This document shows positions 28,244 to 36,976 of a stretch of DNA of 64,000 nt, one piece after another (within the stretch, counting starts at the first letter, position 1; every line of letters begins with the position of its first letter). The DNA is from a virus. The stretch is from IMG/VR virus record IMGVR_UViG_3300033233_000036, positions 4,187 to 68,186 of that record; one strand, given 5' to 3'. Made by a program: the position numbers and the translations under genes. The notes under the pieces are model-generated. The model made no database searches and was not told the DNA's origin. It was given only the letters and a program-made list of their open reading frames with translations.

Positions 28244-28961
28244 AACTTTCTAATGATAAACTTTTGTCTTCGATTGATCTTGTATAATCAGATAACTTTT
28301 TAAGATATCCATTATTTCTCAATTCTTTAAATACTAAGTTCTCAATTGAGAACTCTCCACCTTTACGAATTGCAGCGGATCGCATATTACGAAGTTTTTC
28401 TTTAAGTTTTTTGAACTCTTCGAGATCATCAGACTTATTAGAAATTAAAAAATTGATTTTCTTCATCATATCATGAGTCTTAGATTTTAGCAAGGCTCTG
28501 TCAATTTCTTTATTCAATTTTTTGGGGGCAACTATCCATTCATCTTTTTTAATAGAATAAACCCCCTGATTTGATGGACGAGGAGTTCCTTCCTCTTCGG
28601 CATATAATTCTACATCATGTCCATAAATTGTGATGTTATGTGTTAAAGCCCACAATTGTTTTTTATCTTTTAGATAATCATCCAAAAGATCTGGACAATC
28701 TGGAAGTGCATCCCTATCAATCACAATATGCAAATCAATATCAGAAAATTCAGTGTAATTATAATTTGCATTACCACCAACAAAAATCATATCCTTGATT
28801 GCATTGTTAGGAATATTAGCAAACTTAGCCCATTCTTGTCCAATACGAATTAACCTAAGTTTAACCTCAGATTTCAGTTTATTATTTGCCCAAAATTTAG
28901 AATTTAAATCTTGATGATATTTAAAAGTAAGTTTTTTATCTACAAATTCTTCAAGATTCAT
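28194..28961 (-). CDS. Pol-beta superfamily nucleotidyltransferase
   Basis: VGGNANYNY...SDIDLH and VELY (third acidic residue). Confidence 0.75.
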   Translation of the reverse strand: MNLEEFVDKKLTFKYHQDLNSKFWANNKLKSEVKLRLIRIGQEWAKFANIPNNAIKDMIFVGGNANYNYTEFSDIDLHIVIDRDALPDCPDLLDDYLKDKKQLWALTHNITIYGHDVELYAEEEGTPRPSNQGVYSIKKDEWIVAPKKLNKEIDRALLKSKTHDMMKKINFLISNKSDDLEEFKKLKEKLRNMRSAAIRKGGEFSIENLVFKELRNNGYLKKLSDYTRSIEDKSLSLESYDYQSSIVEIWRRNYF

Positions 28962-29812
28962 TCAGAATTTCCTCCACTTGATCCACCAGAACTAGATGCA
29001 GTAATCTTTTGCTTATTAGTTTTAGCAAGTGAAAATCCAGTGGGAGAAGTTGTTGATGAAACACTTGATTGAGCAGCCATTGGTGCAGTAGAAGCACCAA
29101 AACCATTGCGAGAAGGAGTTGATTTTCCTGCTTCTACACCTGCCTTAATTGCACCTTCTTCACCCTTACCTGCTGCTCTTGCTGCTTGTGCTGCTCTCAA
29201 TTCCGCACCAGTTGCTGCTCTTCTTTGGAAGGTTGTTCCACCTGCTGTAGTTCCCGTAGGAACTGCTGGTTTTGTAGGTGCTGATGTAGTCGATGTACTT
29301 GGACTGGTTACTTTTACATTTAAATTTGGTTTTCCAGCTGGAAGAGTATATCTTGAAGGTTTTCTAGAATTTCTATCCATCACATCCGCTTGTACTGGTG
29401 ATGGAAGTTTTTTTGCTGGTGGTGCCGAAGATCTAGAAGTTCCTGGGGCTCCAGTTAAACTTCCAGCAGCTCTTGCTGCTCTAACTAAATCTAAAGATTT
29501 TTTTTCAGAAGGACTCAATTGAGAATCTGGAACTGGTGTGCCAGCAGTTGTTGATTTTGATGCGTTTGCTTTAACAGCGCTGTTATATCTATTTACAGCA
29601 TTTGGGCCAAGATTACTTGCAGACGCAGGTTTAAAACTGGACTTATCTCCAGGTTTCATATATCCAGGTTGTCCATTCTTTTTAGCAACAACTAATCCCC
29701 TTTTTTGCCTTTCTTTATCCCAGGAATTAGCAGCAGTTGCTTTTAAATCTTCCCAATATCCTTCAGAATAAATTTTTTCGTAAGCTTCTGTTAATTTATT
29801 AGTATCTGACAT
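28958..29812 (-). CDS. Low-complexity Ala/Ser/Thr/Lys-rich late protein
   Basis: TATAAATA upstream; LTEAYEKIYSEG N-terminus. Confidence 0.65.
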   Translation of the reverse strand: MSDTNKLTEAYEKIYSEGYWEDLKATAANSWDKERQKRGLVVAKKNGQPGYMKPGDKSSFKPASASNLGPNAVNRYNSAVKANASKSTTAGTPVPDSQLSPSEKKSLDLVRAARAAGSLTGAPGTSRSSAPPAKKLPSPVQADVMDRNSRKPSRYTLPAGKPNLNVKVTSPSTSTTSAPTKPAVPTGTTAGGTTFQRRAATGAELRAAQAARAAGKGEEGAIKAGVEAGKSTPSRNGFGASTAPMAAQSSVSSTTSPTGFSLAKTNKQKITASSSGGSSGGNSE

Positions 29813-29837
29813 CGAATTAATACTTTTTTCTTTATTT

Positions 29838-29866
29838 ATAAAAAAATGGGGAGTTAACTCCCCACA
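29838..29866 (-). terminator. Terminator after hsp20
   Basis: TGGGGAGT-TA-ACTCCCCA followed by a T run. Confidence 0.75.
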
Positions 29867-29870
29867 TATG

Positions 29871-30341
29871 TCATTCAGTTAAAAGTTGTTTATCAGTAAC
29901 TAATCCAGAAATTGAATATACTTTTTTCTTTTGATGTTCTGGAATTATCTTTACAAGTTTGACTATTAAAAGTCCATTGTCATAAGATACTTCTCTAACT
30001 TCAACATCATCAGAAAGATTGCGACTCCAAGTAAATGCTCTCTTAGCTAAACCTTTATGTAAATATGTTTTATCTTCAGATTCAGATTTTTTAGAAGTAA
30101 TACTTAGAACATTTCTTTCTGTAGAAATTTCAACGTCTTCTGGTTTATATCCAGCTAGAGCAAATTCTAATCTGAATTCTGTTTCAGATTCTTTGATGTA
30201 ATTGTATGGAGGATAACTTGATTGAGGTTCTTGAAGTGTAGCGAATCTTTGAACCCATTCATCCATTCCAATTCCCCATCGTGTAGTATCAGATAAAAGT
30301 TTATCGATATCGTTGATTGAATATTTGAGAGTTGTGTGCAT
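29871..30341 (-). CDS. hsp20: Small heat shock protein
   Basis: YPPYN, ALAGY, HKGLAKR.F, NGLL.V. Confidence 0.93.
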   Translation of the reverse strand: MHTTLKYSINDIDKLLSDTTRWGIGMDEWVQRFATLQEPQSSYPPYNYIKESETEFRLEFALAGYKPEDVEISTERNVLSITSKKSESEDKTYLHKGLAKRAFTWSRNLSDDVEVREVSYDNGLLIVKLVKIIPEHQKKKVYSISGLVTDKQLLTE

Positions 30342-30414
30342 TTTAGATCTCCTTTAAAAGCGAGAGGATAATATCAAACCCGAAGCATTTGACATTATTA
30401 TTTAATCACAAACA

Positions 30415-30500
30415 TAAAAAAGAGGAAAGGGTAAAACCCGATCCTCTTTTGGGTATGTTCCGAACTTGTAGAGACGCACGAAAGTCGCTACAATTTATTT
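30415..30500 (-). ncRNA. Candidate late small RNA with its own terminator
   Basis: ATAAATA, then a UUGUAG...CUACAA hairpin, then an AAAAGAGGA/UCCUCUUUU stem with U-run. Confidence 0.5.
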
Positions 30501-30933
30501 ATTCTTCTTCCACCCTTTTCTTTTTACCAATATTATATTTGGTTTCAAGAATCCATTCTCCTTTATCTTTAAAAGCAAGAACTTTAATTTGATTGAGTGG
30601 TGCAAGATCAGAAATTTTTTCAACATTAGGAACTTTTACAAGTCCCCAATCTGCAACCAATTGAATAATACGGTTACGTCTTTGAACATCATTTACAGTA
30701 AGATTAGCATATTTGCCATCCAAAGCAAATAGTTCTTTGAAATGAACAATATAATATCTACCTTGTTTATGAAGAATATGACAAGATTGATATAATTTTT
30801 TTTCTTTACGGGATGCAACACCAATACGAGTAAGTGTTTCACGAACTTTCAGAAAATCATCTGGTTCATCTAAAATAACTTCCACCATTTGATCTGGTGT
30901 CCACTTAACTTCAGCTTCAATAACAACGCTCAT
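30499..30933 (-). CDS. regA: Translational repressor RegA
   Basis: FLKVRETLTRIG, LYQSCHILHKQG.YYIVHFKE. Confidence 0.96.
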   Translation of the reverse strand: MSVVIEAEVKWTPDQMVEVILDEPDDFLKVRETLTRIGVASRKEKKLYQSCHILHKQGRYYIVHFKELFALDGKYANLTVNDVQRRNRIIQLVADWGLVKVPNVEKISDLAPLNQIKVLAFKDKGEWILETKYNIGKKKRVEEE

Positions 30934-31307
30934 CTTTTTCCTCCAATATCAAGTTTTTGTTTGATACAATCTAGTTGTTCTTTATTTAGGATTCTCAAAG
31001 CTTGTTGGGCTTTTTCTGTACTATAACCATAGTAAGATTTAACTGCATCAAGATCTTTAATTTTATCCTTTCGAAGCCAGGGAGAGAATCTCTTCCTTTT
31101 TCTGATAATATTTATAAAAAAATCATATTGTAAACGATTTGATAGTAATGAATACTTATTCATCTCATTTGCATACATGATAGTATCAATAAAACTAGAA
31201 AGACATCGATTAATAATATAAGGAGAATATTCTTTCTCATTACCATCTTCCATAATATATTCTTTTGTATGGTTAATTGAATTTAACCAATCTTTCAATT
31301 CAGTCAT
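30930..31307 (-). CDS. 62: Clamp loader small subunit (gp62)
   Basis: YIINR.LS, NEMN, YYGYS.EKA; synteny. Confidence 0.9.
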   Translation of the reverse strand: MTELKDWLNSINHTKEYIMEDGNEKEYSPYIINRCLSSFIDTIMYANEMNKYSLLSNRLQYDFFINIIRKRKRFSPWLRKDKIKDLDAVKSYYGYSTEKAQQALRILNKEQLDCIKQKLDIGGKR

Positions 31308-31447
31308 TTAAATACAGCGGTGACACTAACAACTTTAGCACCAGGATTTCTGGCTAATGCAACATCTTTTGCATCTTGATAATCTCTGGCAATCACTTCT
31401 TCTTTAAAGACAGTTCCCGCCTTGAATAAAGTTACTTCACATTTCAT
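31304..31447 (-). CDS. Small hypothetical protein
   Basis: Manual translation: MKCEVTLFKAGTVFKEEVIARDYQDAKDVALARNPGAKVVSVTAVFK; ATGA overlaps at both ends. Confidence 0.7.
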   Translation of the reverse strand: MKCEVTLFKAGTVFKEEVIARDYQDAKDVALARNPGAKVVSVTAVFK

Positions 31448-32577
31448 CGGATAATATCAATCTCCATATCTTTAGTCCATACTTCAAGTTCAGTTCTAAG
31501 TCTACCTTCAGACTTTAAAGATTCATAACGAGTAGAAGCTTTGTTCTTCCACCAGTTAATTAGATTTTCACTATGAAATTTATCAAAATTCTGGGAATTT
31601 TTAATCAAGATATCAGTCTCCCCATTTATAACTTCTCTTACGTTTGAAAAACCATAGTCAGACATATAGAACCTCTTCTTCTGAGTCAAATCCTTTGCCG
31701 ATTGAATTGAAGAGTTGAAACTTGAAAGTTTGTCTGATAGTTGTGGATATTCCTTTAAAGATGCACGAATAATTGATATCATTTTCTGTTGGATCTTCAG
31801 TTTCCGACTAGAAGCATCTTCTTTGACAAGAAGTTTATCTCCATTACGAGACTTAAACCACTTATTTAAATCCCCAAAAACAGAATCATGAATCAACGGA
31901 GTGAAATCACTTTCAGTCAATCCACGATACCTCATATAAGGTTTTAACCCATCATACTGAGATGATGACTTGGTTGATCCATAAAGAGATGTTGTTTCAA
32001 ACAAACAAATATCTGCATCGTATTTTGCATTAAGTTGTTCCCTAGCTTCATGAGAAGAACAAAGAAGTGCAAGTAGTTTACCTCCCAAATAGTTAAATCC
32101 GAAAGGTTGAGTAGGAACAATAATGAATCCCATGATTGCATGTCGGTTAAACCGAGTTAAATCTGGCACCGATCCAAGCCAATCATTTCTAGGTTTAGAA
32201 TTAATTGTAGGAGAACCAAATCGAATAAAACCAACAATCTTTTTACTGTTAGTTTCCATGACAATCCATTTCAATGACTTACCAGGAATACTATTCTCAA
32301 TTGCATGAGAAGTTGTTACCTGCAATCTTTCATTGAAGAACTCATTTGTAAATCCACCCTTCTCCCCAGCACAGTAGATCTTAAAATTCATCTCACTTGG
32401 ATGCATATCAAAATTACAGAACATATCATCTTCTGGGCCCAATCCCAGAAGAGATGTCATTCCTTTAACACGATCTAGTTTGATATTACGAAGATATTCA
32501 TCAATTCTCCCCAAGTTGGAAAAATAATCAATAAATTTATCTGCAGCATAAATTGCATCAAGTGTATCTAAAATCAT
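31444..32577 (-). CDS. DUF4338/DruA-like protein
   Basis: PG..L, GGKLLALL and ETTSLYG..SSQY motifs. Confidence 0.65.
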   Translation of the reverse strand: MILDTLDAIYAADKFIDYFSNLGRIDEYLRNIKLDRVKGMTSLLGLGPEDDMFCNFDMHPSEMNFKIYCAGEKGGFTNEFFNERLQVTTSHAIENSIPGKSLKWIVMETNSKKIVGFIRFGSPTINSKPRNDWLGSVPDLTRFNRHAIMGFIIVPTQPFGFNYLGGKLLALLCSSHEAREQLNAKYDADICLFETTSLYGSTKSSSQYDGLKPYMRYRGLTESDFTPLIHDSVFGDLNKWFKSRNGDKLLVKEDASSRKLKIQQKMISIIRASLKEYPQLSDKLSSFNSSIQSAKDLTQKKRFYMSDYGFSNVREVINGETDILIKNSQNFDKFHSENLINWWKNKASTRYESLKSEGRLRTELEVWTKDMEIDIIR

Positions 32578-33149
32578 ACAAAATGTTTATCCAATATTCC
32601 ATAGTTTACCATAATTTCTGATGAATATGAATTTGGATTCCTACCCTTTCCATCTACTTCCATATTCATAAGTGGAGATTTATCAAATTTTCTTTGATAC
32701 TGATAGATCTCATAATGTTCTCTACTGATCAACCAAGATTTCAAACAATGATCAGGATCTTCTTTTGGTGGACAAATAAAACCAACCCATAATGAAATTC
32801 CAGTAAGAGTTCCATTTAATACATCATCTCCAAATCCATATTTTTCTGTAAAGAGTTTATATTTTTTTTCTTCGTTTACAACTGGTACTCCAGTAGTCAA
32901 AGGTTTGTGATGTTGAGTCATTCTCTTATGAAGATGAGTTCTCAACTTGCCTTTATGTCCATTTTGTTTGTCATAGTAAAATCCACCAGATTGGCCAATA
33001 TAAACACAACCTTCAAAATCGGATGGACAATCAGATGACTTTGGCATCATATTATTCCAAACAAAACCATAGACAGCACCTCGCATCCCAATAATATCAG
33101 CAAGTTTATGATATTCTGTAAAACGGATCCAATGAACGTAAGGTATCAT
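32574..33149 (-). CDS. GIY-YIG-like hypothetical protein
   Basis: GAVY...VYIGQS...R...E...N arrangement. Confidence 0.5.
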   Translation of the reverse strand: MIPYVHWIRFTEYHKLADIIGMRGAVYGFVWNNMMPKSSDCPSDFEGCVYIGQSGGFYYDKQNGHKGKLRTHLHKRMTQHHKPLTTGVPVVNEEKKYKLFTEKYGFGDDVLNGTLTGISLWVGFICPPKEDPDHCLKSWLISREHYEIYQYQRKFDKSPLMNMEVDGKGRNPNSYSSEIMVNYGILDKHFV

Positions 33150-34099
33150 TTGAATTCACACTCCATCATAATTTCTGTCAGTGCTGCTAGGAGGTTAATT
33201 TCTTGATCAACCACGAACGCAATTTGGTATTGATACTTAGCAATAATAAGAACGGCAGCGGGGATAGTTGCGGGTGAAAGACAAGTATAACAGGCGTCAT
33301 AAATCCTGCGAAGAATGACAGAAGAATCGTTGTCCAAGTTGGCAACCACCCACTTTCGGACTTCAGTAAAGTTTTTATCTTTGAGGTAATTGATGAGATC
33401 ATTTATTGCAATGTCTGAGAAAGATGCAAGAATTCCCGAGTCAATCTCCCCTCCCACTGCATATCTTTGACATTCATTGAGAACACGCCTCCAGTCTGGA
33501 AAGTGTTTGTTGATAATCTCAGCGAGAACCTTCTGATCATATTTAACACCTTCGAGATCCAAGATATTTTGAAGTCGTTGGAAAAAACTTCCTGCAATTT
33601 GAACTTTTTCCTTTCCTTTGATTGAGAAGTCAATGACAGCACATCGGGAGTGGAGTGGTTCAATAATTTTGTTTTTATAGTTACAAGTGAAGATGAATCT
33701 ACAGTTGTTATAAAACGTCTCAATATTAGCCCGTAGAAGGAGTTGAACATCATTCGTTGTGTTGTCAGCTTCATCAATGATGATGACTTTATGTTTACCA
33801 AGTCCTTGAAGTGATACGGTCGAAGCAAAGTTCTTTGCATGGTTCCGTACCGTGTCCAGAAATCGTCCTTCGTCAGACCCGTTGATGACATAACTATCTA
33901 CTCCCAATTCATTGCATAGTGCCTTAGCAACTGTTGTTTTACCAATACCAGGAGGCCCAGAAAGTAGGAGATTTGGAATATTCCCCTTTTCTACAAACTC
34001 TTTTAAACTTTTCTTAATACTATCAGGAAGAATACAATCATCAATTTTATGAGGACGATATTTCTCCGTCCAAATAAAGTCGGTTCTGTCTGTTTTCAT
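33146..34099 (-). CDS. 44: Clamp loader large subunit (gp44)
   Basis: EKYRP, GPPGIGKT, IIDEAD, LHSRC; probable start MKTDR. Confidence 0.95.
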   Translation of the reverse strand: MKTDRTDFIWTEKYRPHKIDDCILPDSIKKSLKEFVEKGNIPNLLLSGPPGIGKTTVAKALCNELGVDSYVINGSDEGRFLDTVRNHAKNFASTVSLQGLGKHKVIIIDEADNTTNDVQLLLRANIETFYNNCRFIFTCNYKNKIIEPLHSRCAVIDFSIKGKEKVQIAGSFFQRLQNILDLEGVKYDQKVLAEIINKHFPDWRRVLNECQRYAVGGEIDSGILASFSDIAINDLINYLKDKNFTEVRKWVVANLDNDSSVILRRIYDACYTCLSPATIPAAVLIIAKYQYQIAFVVDQEINLLAALTEIMMECEFK

Positions 34100-34133
34100 T
34101 GTATAAATAATCAAGGGACGATACTTTTCAACT

Positions 34134-34706
34134 ATGCTTATATACAAGATAGTCAATCAGATTAATGGTGATTTTTATATTGGAAAAACAACCAAACCAA
34201 AAGAAGTTAGATTAAAAGAGCATTTTTATAGTTCTTCTTATAACTCACAAACTCACCTCCATAGAGCCATAAGGAAATATGGAGAAACAAATTTTATCAT
34301 AGATGAAATTGAAAATCTATTACCAGAAGATATGTTAGATGAAAGAGAAATATATTGGATTGAAAAGTTAAATCCTTCATACAATATGACTGCTGGCGGA
34401 GAAGGTGGAAAAACACATCATTCACCAAATTTTATCAAAGCAATGAAAGAATATCACAACAAGAAACCAAAAGAAGAATATGCTACTTATGGTATGAAGG
34501 GGAAAAAATTTCCAGAAGAATCAAAGAAAAAAGTTAGCAAAGCAAATTCATATCCAATTGTTTGTGAGGGAAAGGAATTTTTATCAATTAAAGCAGCAGA
34601 AGAGTATTATAAAAATTTAGGAACACCAAAATCAGTTAGAAAAAGAATTGATAACCCCAAACACACTGATTGGTATAGAATTAGGAGTAAAAGAAATTAC
34701 GCATAA
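34134..34706 (+). mobile_element. Free-standing GIY-YIG homing endonuclease (Seg-like)
   Basis: LIYKI...FYIGKT...R..EH, E..WI, YN.T.GGEG, NUMOD-like GMKGKK; TATAAATA at 34102; opposite strand. Confidence 0.88.
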
Positions 34707-34720
34707 TAAAATAAAATTAA

Positions 34721-35407
34721 TCAACCAAAAGTGGAATCGGGTTCAAGTGCAATGTGATAAGTCACATTCATTTGAGAATTAACAAAACGAGAAATGTTGG
34801 ACTTGGAAATTACAACTTCATATTTTCCAGGAATGATCTTAATATTTTCAACCTTAAAGTTCATTGTGAAAGTATCACTAGTTTCACCAACTTCAATTGA
34901 ATATTCATTAGAAGTTTCATTCTTGCGATCACGAACAACAAGATAAATGGTAGAACCATTTCCAATTGCAGAAAGATCTGGAACTTGATATACTGCTGCA
35001 GCTTTCAAAAGTTGATTAAGTTGATTTGAATCAAGTTCAAAACAAACATCTTCACTAGGAAGAGTCAGTTCTTTATCGGGTGGACTGATAATTACATTTG
35101 GATCTGAATAATAATATTTGGTACGACGAGAACCTTCTTTAATTACAGCATAAGATTCTGGACTGAAATCAACTTCAGCATTTTGGTGCAAGGACAATCC
35201 ATTCAAAAATTGGTTCAAATCATAGATACCAAATTCCTTAGGAAACTCTTCATCAATTTCAGCTGATGCAAGAATATTCTTCATCACCGAAATAGTACGC
35301 AGTTGAGTTCCCTGTTTAAACAATAGAGATTGATTAATGGAAGAAAAATTTTTAAGAACAGAAATAGTTTTTTCGGAGAGTTTCATAATTTGGGGTTTAA
35401 GTTTCAC
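34721..35407 (-). CDS. 45: Sliding clamp (gp45)
   Basis: LKNFSSINQS, FGIYDL..FL, IALE. Confidence 0.93.
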   Translation of the reverse strand: MKLKPQIMKLSEKTISVLKNFSSINQSLLFKQGTQLRTISVMKNILASAEIDEEFPKEFGIYDLNQFLNGLSLHQNAEVDFSPESYAVIKEGSRRTKYYYSDPNVIISPPDKELTLPSEDVCFELDSNQLNQLLKAAAVYQVPDLSAIGNGSTIYLVVRDRKNETSNEYSIEVGETSDTFTMNFKVENIKIIPGKYEVVISKSNISRFVNSQMNVTYHIALEPDSTFG

Positions 35408-35778
35408 TTGTTTTCAACAAGGTTGAGATGATTGATCAAAAGAATAGTATAGTGCAAAACTTTAAACAAGTCAGCACGGGGAGTTCCTTTGCTGTCATAA
35501 CGATCAGTGTACTTGGTAATGTTGCCAGCACAGAAACCCTCACGACGATTGTGTTTAATCTTATCAAGGGTTTGTTCTGTTCCACCACCAGTCCTATCAA
35601 CATAATGCTGACTATAAGTGCCAGAAATATATTGTTCAAGTTGTTTCAGGATTTTATCTTCGTTGTATTTCCAGAAACCATTAGCATTTGTGTTTTCGTT
35701 CATAGTGACAGGAGTTTTTTCAATTACAATTTTATCTTCACTATCAAGAGACATAGTGAATCGATTATATTCATCCAT
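35404..35778 (-). CDS. Conserved phage hypothetical protein
   Basis: KYNED...TYSQHY...GNITKY.DRY..KG...DL.K.LHY. Confidence 0.7.
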   Translation of the reverse strand: MDEYNRFTMSLDSEDKIVIEKTPVTMNENTNANGFWKYNEDKILKQLEQYISGTYSQHYVDRTGGGTEQTLDKIKHNRREGFCAGNITKYTDRYDSKGTPRADLFKVLHYTILLINHLNLVENK

Positions 35779-35809
35779 AATAAGGAAAAGTCATAATTAA
35801 CCTTTCCCA

Positions 35810-35838
35810 ATTATATCAAAATTCGGGGTTGTTGTCAA
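35810..35838 (-). promoter_or_regulatory. Consensus sigma70 promoter
   Basis: TTGACA-17 nt-TATAAT with extended TG. Confidence 0.8.
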
Positions 35839-36898
35839 CTTCTTCCTGATCAACCGTTGCATCAATTTTATCATACAACTCCAGAAAAGAAGTTTTAGTT
35901 TCATCGTCAAAACGATTTACACAAACTTGAATTGCTTTCATACGTTTGCCAAAAATCAAAAAAGCTCGAATGATGTGAGTCAGACGACGAGTTGAAATTA
36001 CTTCATCAATACCACCATCCTTAAAGGTTTTTCGAATAATGTCTGCCCATGCAGAAAGTTTTTCACAGAATTCCAAATCATTTTTACCAAGAGATATCAT
36101 AAGTTTCTCAAGAATTTTTTGTTCGATTTTGCAACTAGGATATTCTTGTTCAAAAGTAAGAGCAAACCTTTCCAAGAAAGCTTCATTCAATACATTAGTA
36201 CCAATAAACCTTCCATCATCAGAACCTTTACCTTTAGTATTTGCAGTAGCAACAATAGTAAATCCTGATTTTGGTTTTACATATTTGCCAATTTTTTTAA
36301 GGAAGATTCCATTTCCTTCTAGGATGGATTGGAGGCAAAGGATTTTATTAGATGCAAGATCCACTTCATCGAGAAGTAGGACAGCGCCACGTTCCAGTGC
36401 TTCGATGACTGGCCCATTGTGCCACACTGTTTCGCCATTAACAAGGCGGAAACCCCCAATAAGATCATCCTCATCGGTTTCGATTGTAATATTGACACGA
36501 ATCAATTCACGTTTAAGTTGAGCACAAGCTTGTTCAACACTAAATGTTTTTCCATTACCAGACAAGCCAGTGATGAAGACAGGATAGAAAATACCAGAAG
36601 AAAGAATCTTCTTAACATCACTGAAATTACCAAAGCTGACGAAGTTATCATCTTTTTCGGGAATAAGATTTTGTTGAATAATAGGATCCACAGCAGGAGA
36701 GTGATATACTTGTTCCAATTTTTCTTGAATTGTAAGATTCCAAACTCCACGAGAAACTTTAAATTGTTCGATTTTCTTAGTAATAGTCAAATAAGAAATA
36801 CCTTTTTCGGAAGAAAATTCACGAATATTTTCAGAAGTTACATTAGTGCCAAAACGATCTTGAAGATCTGAAATTTCAAAATTCGACTTGCGAGACAT
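35816..36898 (-). CDS. cobS: CobS/MoxR-like AAA+ ATPase
   Basis: GLSGNGKT, LLDEVD, TANTKG, NEAFLERF. Confidence 0.88.
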   Translation of the reverse strand: MSRKSNFEISDLQDRFGTNVTSENIREFSSEKGISYLTITKKIEQFKVSRGVWNLTIQEKLEQVYHSPAVDPIIQQNLIPEKDDNFVSFGNFSDVKKILSSGIFYPVFITGLSGNGKTFSVEQACAQLKRELIRVNITIETDEDDLIGGFRLVNGETVWHNGPVIEALERGAVLLLDEVDLASNKILCLQSILEGNGIFLKKIGKYVKPKSGFTIVATANTKGKGSDDGRFIGTNVLNEAFLERFALTFEQEYPSCKIEQKILEKLMISLGKNDLEFCEKLSAWADIIRKTFKDGGIDEVISTRRLTHIIRAFLIFGKRMKAIQVCVNRFDDETKTSFLELYDKIDATVDQEEVDNNPEF

Positions 36899-36976
36899 AA
36901 TTAGTTTTGTTTGTATGAATTAATTATACCCCACAAAGAGATGCAGGGCATTTAAGATGGACAGTTTTAAAAGTGG

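Noticed and set aside
28950-28985. Possible frameshift fusion of the 284-aa protein to the nucleotidyltransferase
   Set aside because: The -1 frame has a TGA immediately before the ATG; this is ordinary ATGA coupling.
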